A stretch of DNA of 64,000 bases from Carpediemonas membranifera BICM (taxonomy: Eukaryota > Protista > Fornicata): assembly GCA_019828565.1 (NCBI GenBank), contig JAHDYR010000064.1, positions 496,001 to 560,000 of the forward strand, in the 5' to 3' direction. How positions within the stretch are numbered: position 1 is the first letter of the stretch; each line of letters opens with the position of its first letter. Position numbers and translations under genes: made by a program. The notes below the pieces were generated by a model that was not told the DNA's origin, did no database searches, and saw nothing but the letters and a program-made list of their open reading frames with translations. Below, one piece after another: positions 61,323 through 64,000 of this stretch.

Positions 61323-63754
61323 TTAAACAAGGAACCGGGGGTAGCGCGAGCGGACGGCCTCCACGAACTCTCGCTCCCGGCCGCCGAGCCCGGCCACGTG
61401 AAGCAGCTCCAGGGCTCTGAGACACTGTTGCACGGTGCCCGCAGCCGACACCTGACACAGCAGATCCCACCGCTGCTCGCCGGCGGTCAGGGGCGCTACG
61501 GTGAGACATTCGGCCACGGTGAGCTGGGTCGCGGCCGCGGTGCCGACGACGTCCTTCTCGACCTTGGCGAACTGCATCTTGGCCATGGCCATTAGACGCT
61601 GCTCTGTTGCGGACAGACCCGCTGGGGGCTCGGCGAGGACCTCCATGGCCACGTGGTACACGATCTCGGCCATGAAGGAGGAGACGGCGTCTCCAGCAGC
61701 GATGAGCCGCTTGACGAGCTTGAGGGCGACCATCGGCTTGAACATGCGGAGCTCGACGATGGCCTCCATGGCCTGCGTCTGGTCCGTGTGAGCCACGGCC
61801 CGCAGGACCGTCTGCACTTCCGCGAGCTGGGCGGCGGGCGACATGTCGAGGAAGCCCAAGAACGATGGATCCGGCTCCCGCTCGCGATTGGCGTCGGGCA
61901 CGGACTCGTTCTTCAGCTGACGGCCGTAGATCTCCTCGTACTCGGCGACGTAGGCCTTGGCAGCGGTGGTGTCGATCTCCGCACCGTTGATGATAGCCAT
62001 GGCGATGTCAGCGAAGCCCATGGCGGCCCCGCGGGCGTACTTATGGGCACCGAGGCTGGTCTCGTACTCGACGAGCTGGACGTACTCGGTCAGGGCGTGC
62101 TTGCGGAGGGCGAAGTGGTGGAAGTCGAACTCGTCCTCCCGCATCGCCGCGAACATCCTCGTCACGTCCCGGTAGTCCCTGAGCGCCAGAAGCAGCTCCC
62201 CGGCCCTCGTCCGGGACCGTGCGGTCGTGACCTTAAAGTGCTGGTTTTGGAGCTCGACGACGCAGATGTCGGGCTCGTCGCGGATAAACGCCCGCAGCGT
62301 CTCATCAGCGGCCCTGAAGTCGCCCAGGCGGGCCCATGCGTGGTATGCAACGGTGTTCATGAAGCGGTCGTTGGGGTCCATGCGGCGGGCTGCCTCCAGC
62401 GTCTCGGCGGCCTCGCGGATAGCGCCGTTGTGCTTGAGAGCAGTGCCGAGGAGCTCGTAAAGCACAAGGTGCGGCTCCGCAACGTCTGCGTCAACCAGGC
62501 CGTCGTCGTCGTTGTCGCCGACGGACGGGTACTCCTTTGCACGCTCAAACAGCTCCCGGGCCAGCCCCAGGGCCGCCTCGGCGTGGCTGAGGGCGGTGGG
62601 CGCGTCTGCGTCGGCCATGGCGTGGTGGTGGAGGTAGACGTGCAGCCAGACCTTGGTCTCGTCTGGGGCATCCGTCTCGAGCTGGTCAACGGCGTACTGC
62701 CGCACGAGGGGCCGAACGTGCGGGCGGACGGCGTAGAGGCGGGCTAGCTCCCGGTACAGCGAGGGCGACCGCTTGGCAATGGACTTCTTCACCAAAGCCG
62801 TCACGACCGTCATCACAGACCCCTCGGGCCCGTAGAGCGCCGGGATGAAGCGCGTCACGTGGGACCTGGGGTAGCGGGCGATGAGGTCGTCGTAACGGGA
62901 GGCGAGGTCCGCAGGGCTCTCGGCCAGCGCCTTGACGACCATCTCGTGGGCCTCGATGTCGTCTGGGTTGAGCTGCATGAACTGCTCAAAGGACACCATG
63001 TCGGGGGCACCGGCATCGCACGACAGCTGCAGACGGAGCCTGGTGGCCTGGTACTGGTCGAGGATGTCGCCGCGGTGCTGGTCGAGTGAGGCCAGGGCCG
63101 CTTCGGGGCCGTGCGCCTTCATGTTGCAGACGACCTCGAACATCCTGAGGTGGGAGAGCTCCACGGGGGTGATCTCAGCCTTCGTCTGCGCCTCGGCCTG
63201 GATGAGCTGGTCGATCGTGTTGGCCGCGTCCCCGAAGGCGCCGGTTAGGTACTGACCGACAGCCACGCCGTACCAGTTCTGCCTGTCGCGAGTGCGGAGG
63301 GTGAGCATGCGGCGGCGGGTGTCGAGAAAGGCGTCGAAGTCGCGGCTCATTGCTTGCATCATAGACAGATCCCGCGCCACCTGCTGGTTCGTCTTCTCAA
63401 TCAATGAAGCAGCCTTGTAGCACGCCACAGCGCGGACGTAGTCCTTGTCATTCCGGGCAATGAGCCCGTTCACGTGAGGAACGATGTGGCACGTTTTGCA
63501 AGCATACTGCTCAGCCTCGCGGGCAAGCTGGCGTCCCTCCTCCTTACGGCCCATTGAATGGAGCAAAAGAGCCTTCATGGCCATCGTCTCGCCATGGTTA
63601 TGATGACTCTCTAGGATTTGGTCACAGACTTTGATTCCCTTCTTGTTATGGTTGAGATCGTGATGTTTCTGTGTAAAATATGTATGATAGAACAAACAAA
63701 GATCTCCTTGAACAGGTTCTTCTCCTTCTGGCTGAAGCCGTCGAGGTGATTCAT
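61323..63754 (-). CDS. NAA15: NatA auxiliary subunit NAA15/Nat1, exons 63754-63698 and 63668-61323
   Basis: Spliced N-terminus KEKNLFKEIFKHHD...KKGIK...HGETMAMKAL, TPR repeats, ARRMDPNDRFMN and EDEFDFHHFALRK. Confidence 0.88.
63669..63697 (-). other. Spliceosomal intron, 29 nt
   Basis: GTTTGTTCTATCATACATATTTTACACAG. Confidence 0.88.
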
Positions 63755-64000
63755 GCCTCTGGTTTGCAAGCAACATAAACTGCGGCGTCAATCATGCTCC
63801 TCCGGAGAGGGCCAAATGGACTAGAAGGTGCCAGAATTCGCAACTCGTCGTCTAAACTTTCTCAAGCTGTGTTGATTCTATTTCGTGAAGTGTTCACTTC
63901 AATGGGGAAGTTTTGTGGGAGTCAGTCAACCTATCGCGAGCGTGGTGCATTGGTGAGCATGCTGTTCTACGTCAGTGGATGCCAATGCTCTCGAGTGTTG

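Overview
This is a gene-dense, GC-rich eukaryotic window with about 35 genes. It has tiny 28-38 nt introns near gene 5' ends with the branch point fused to the 3' splice site, stop codons embedded in TAAA, and a flagellar assembly gene. These features suggest a free-living fornicate/metamonad protist such as Carpediemonas (inference). Housekeeping genes include importin-alpha, an E2F/DP-type factor, Rab escort protein, PARP1-like, DCAF7, ZMYND10, CCT4, CPSF73, RAD51C, aspartate aminotransferase, Hsp110, Rpn2 and NAA15. Four unusual items stand out. (1) A minus-strand ORF missed by the ORF track (864 to the window edge) looks like the N-terminal WED/REC half of a Fanzor1 RNA-guided nuclease. 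(2) Two short intergenic fragments share a C-terminal motif typical of RLE-type non-LTR retrotransposons, and a related 3'UTR sits just upstream of the Fanzor-like gene. (3) A 4-kb near-perfect inverted duplication plus a third CCT4 copy has an 86-bp piece of the Hsp110 3' end at one junction. (4) A 518-bp coding fragment lies between 30-bp direct repeats. All family calls come from motif recognition by eye; no searches were run.
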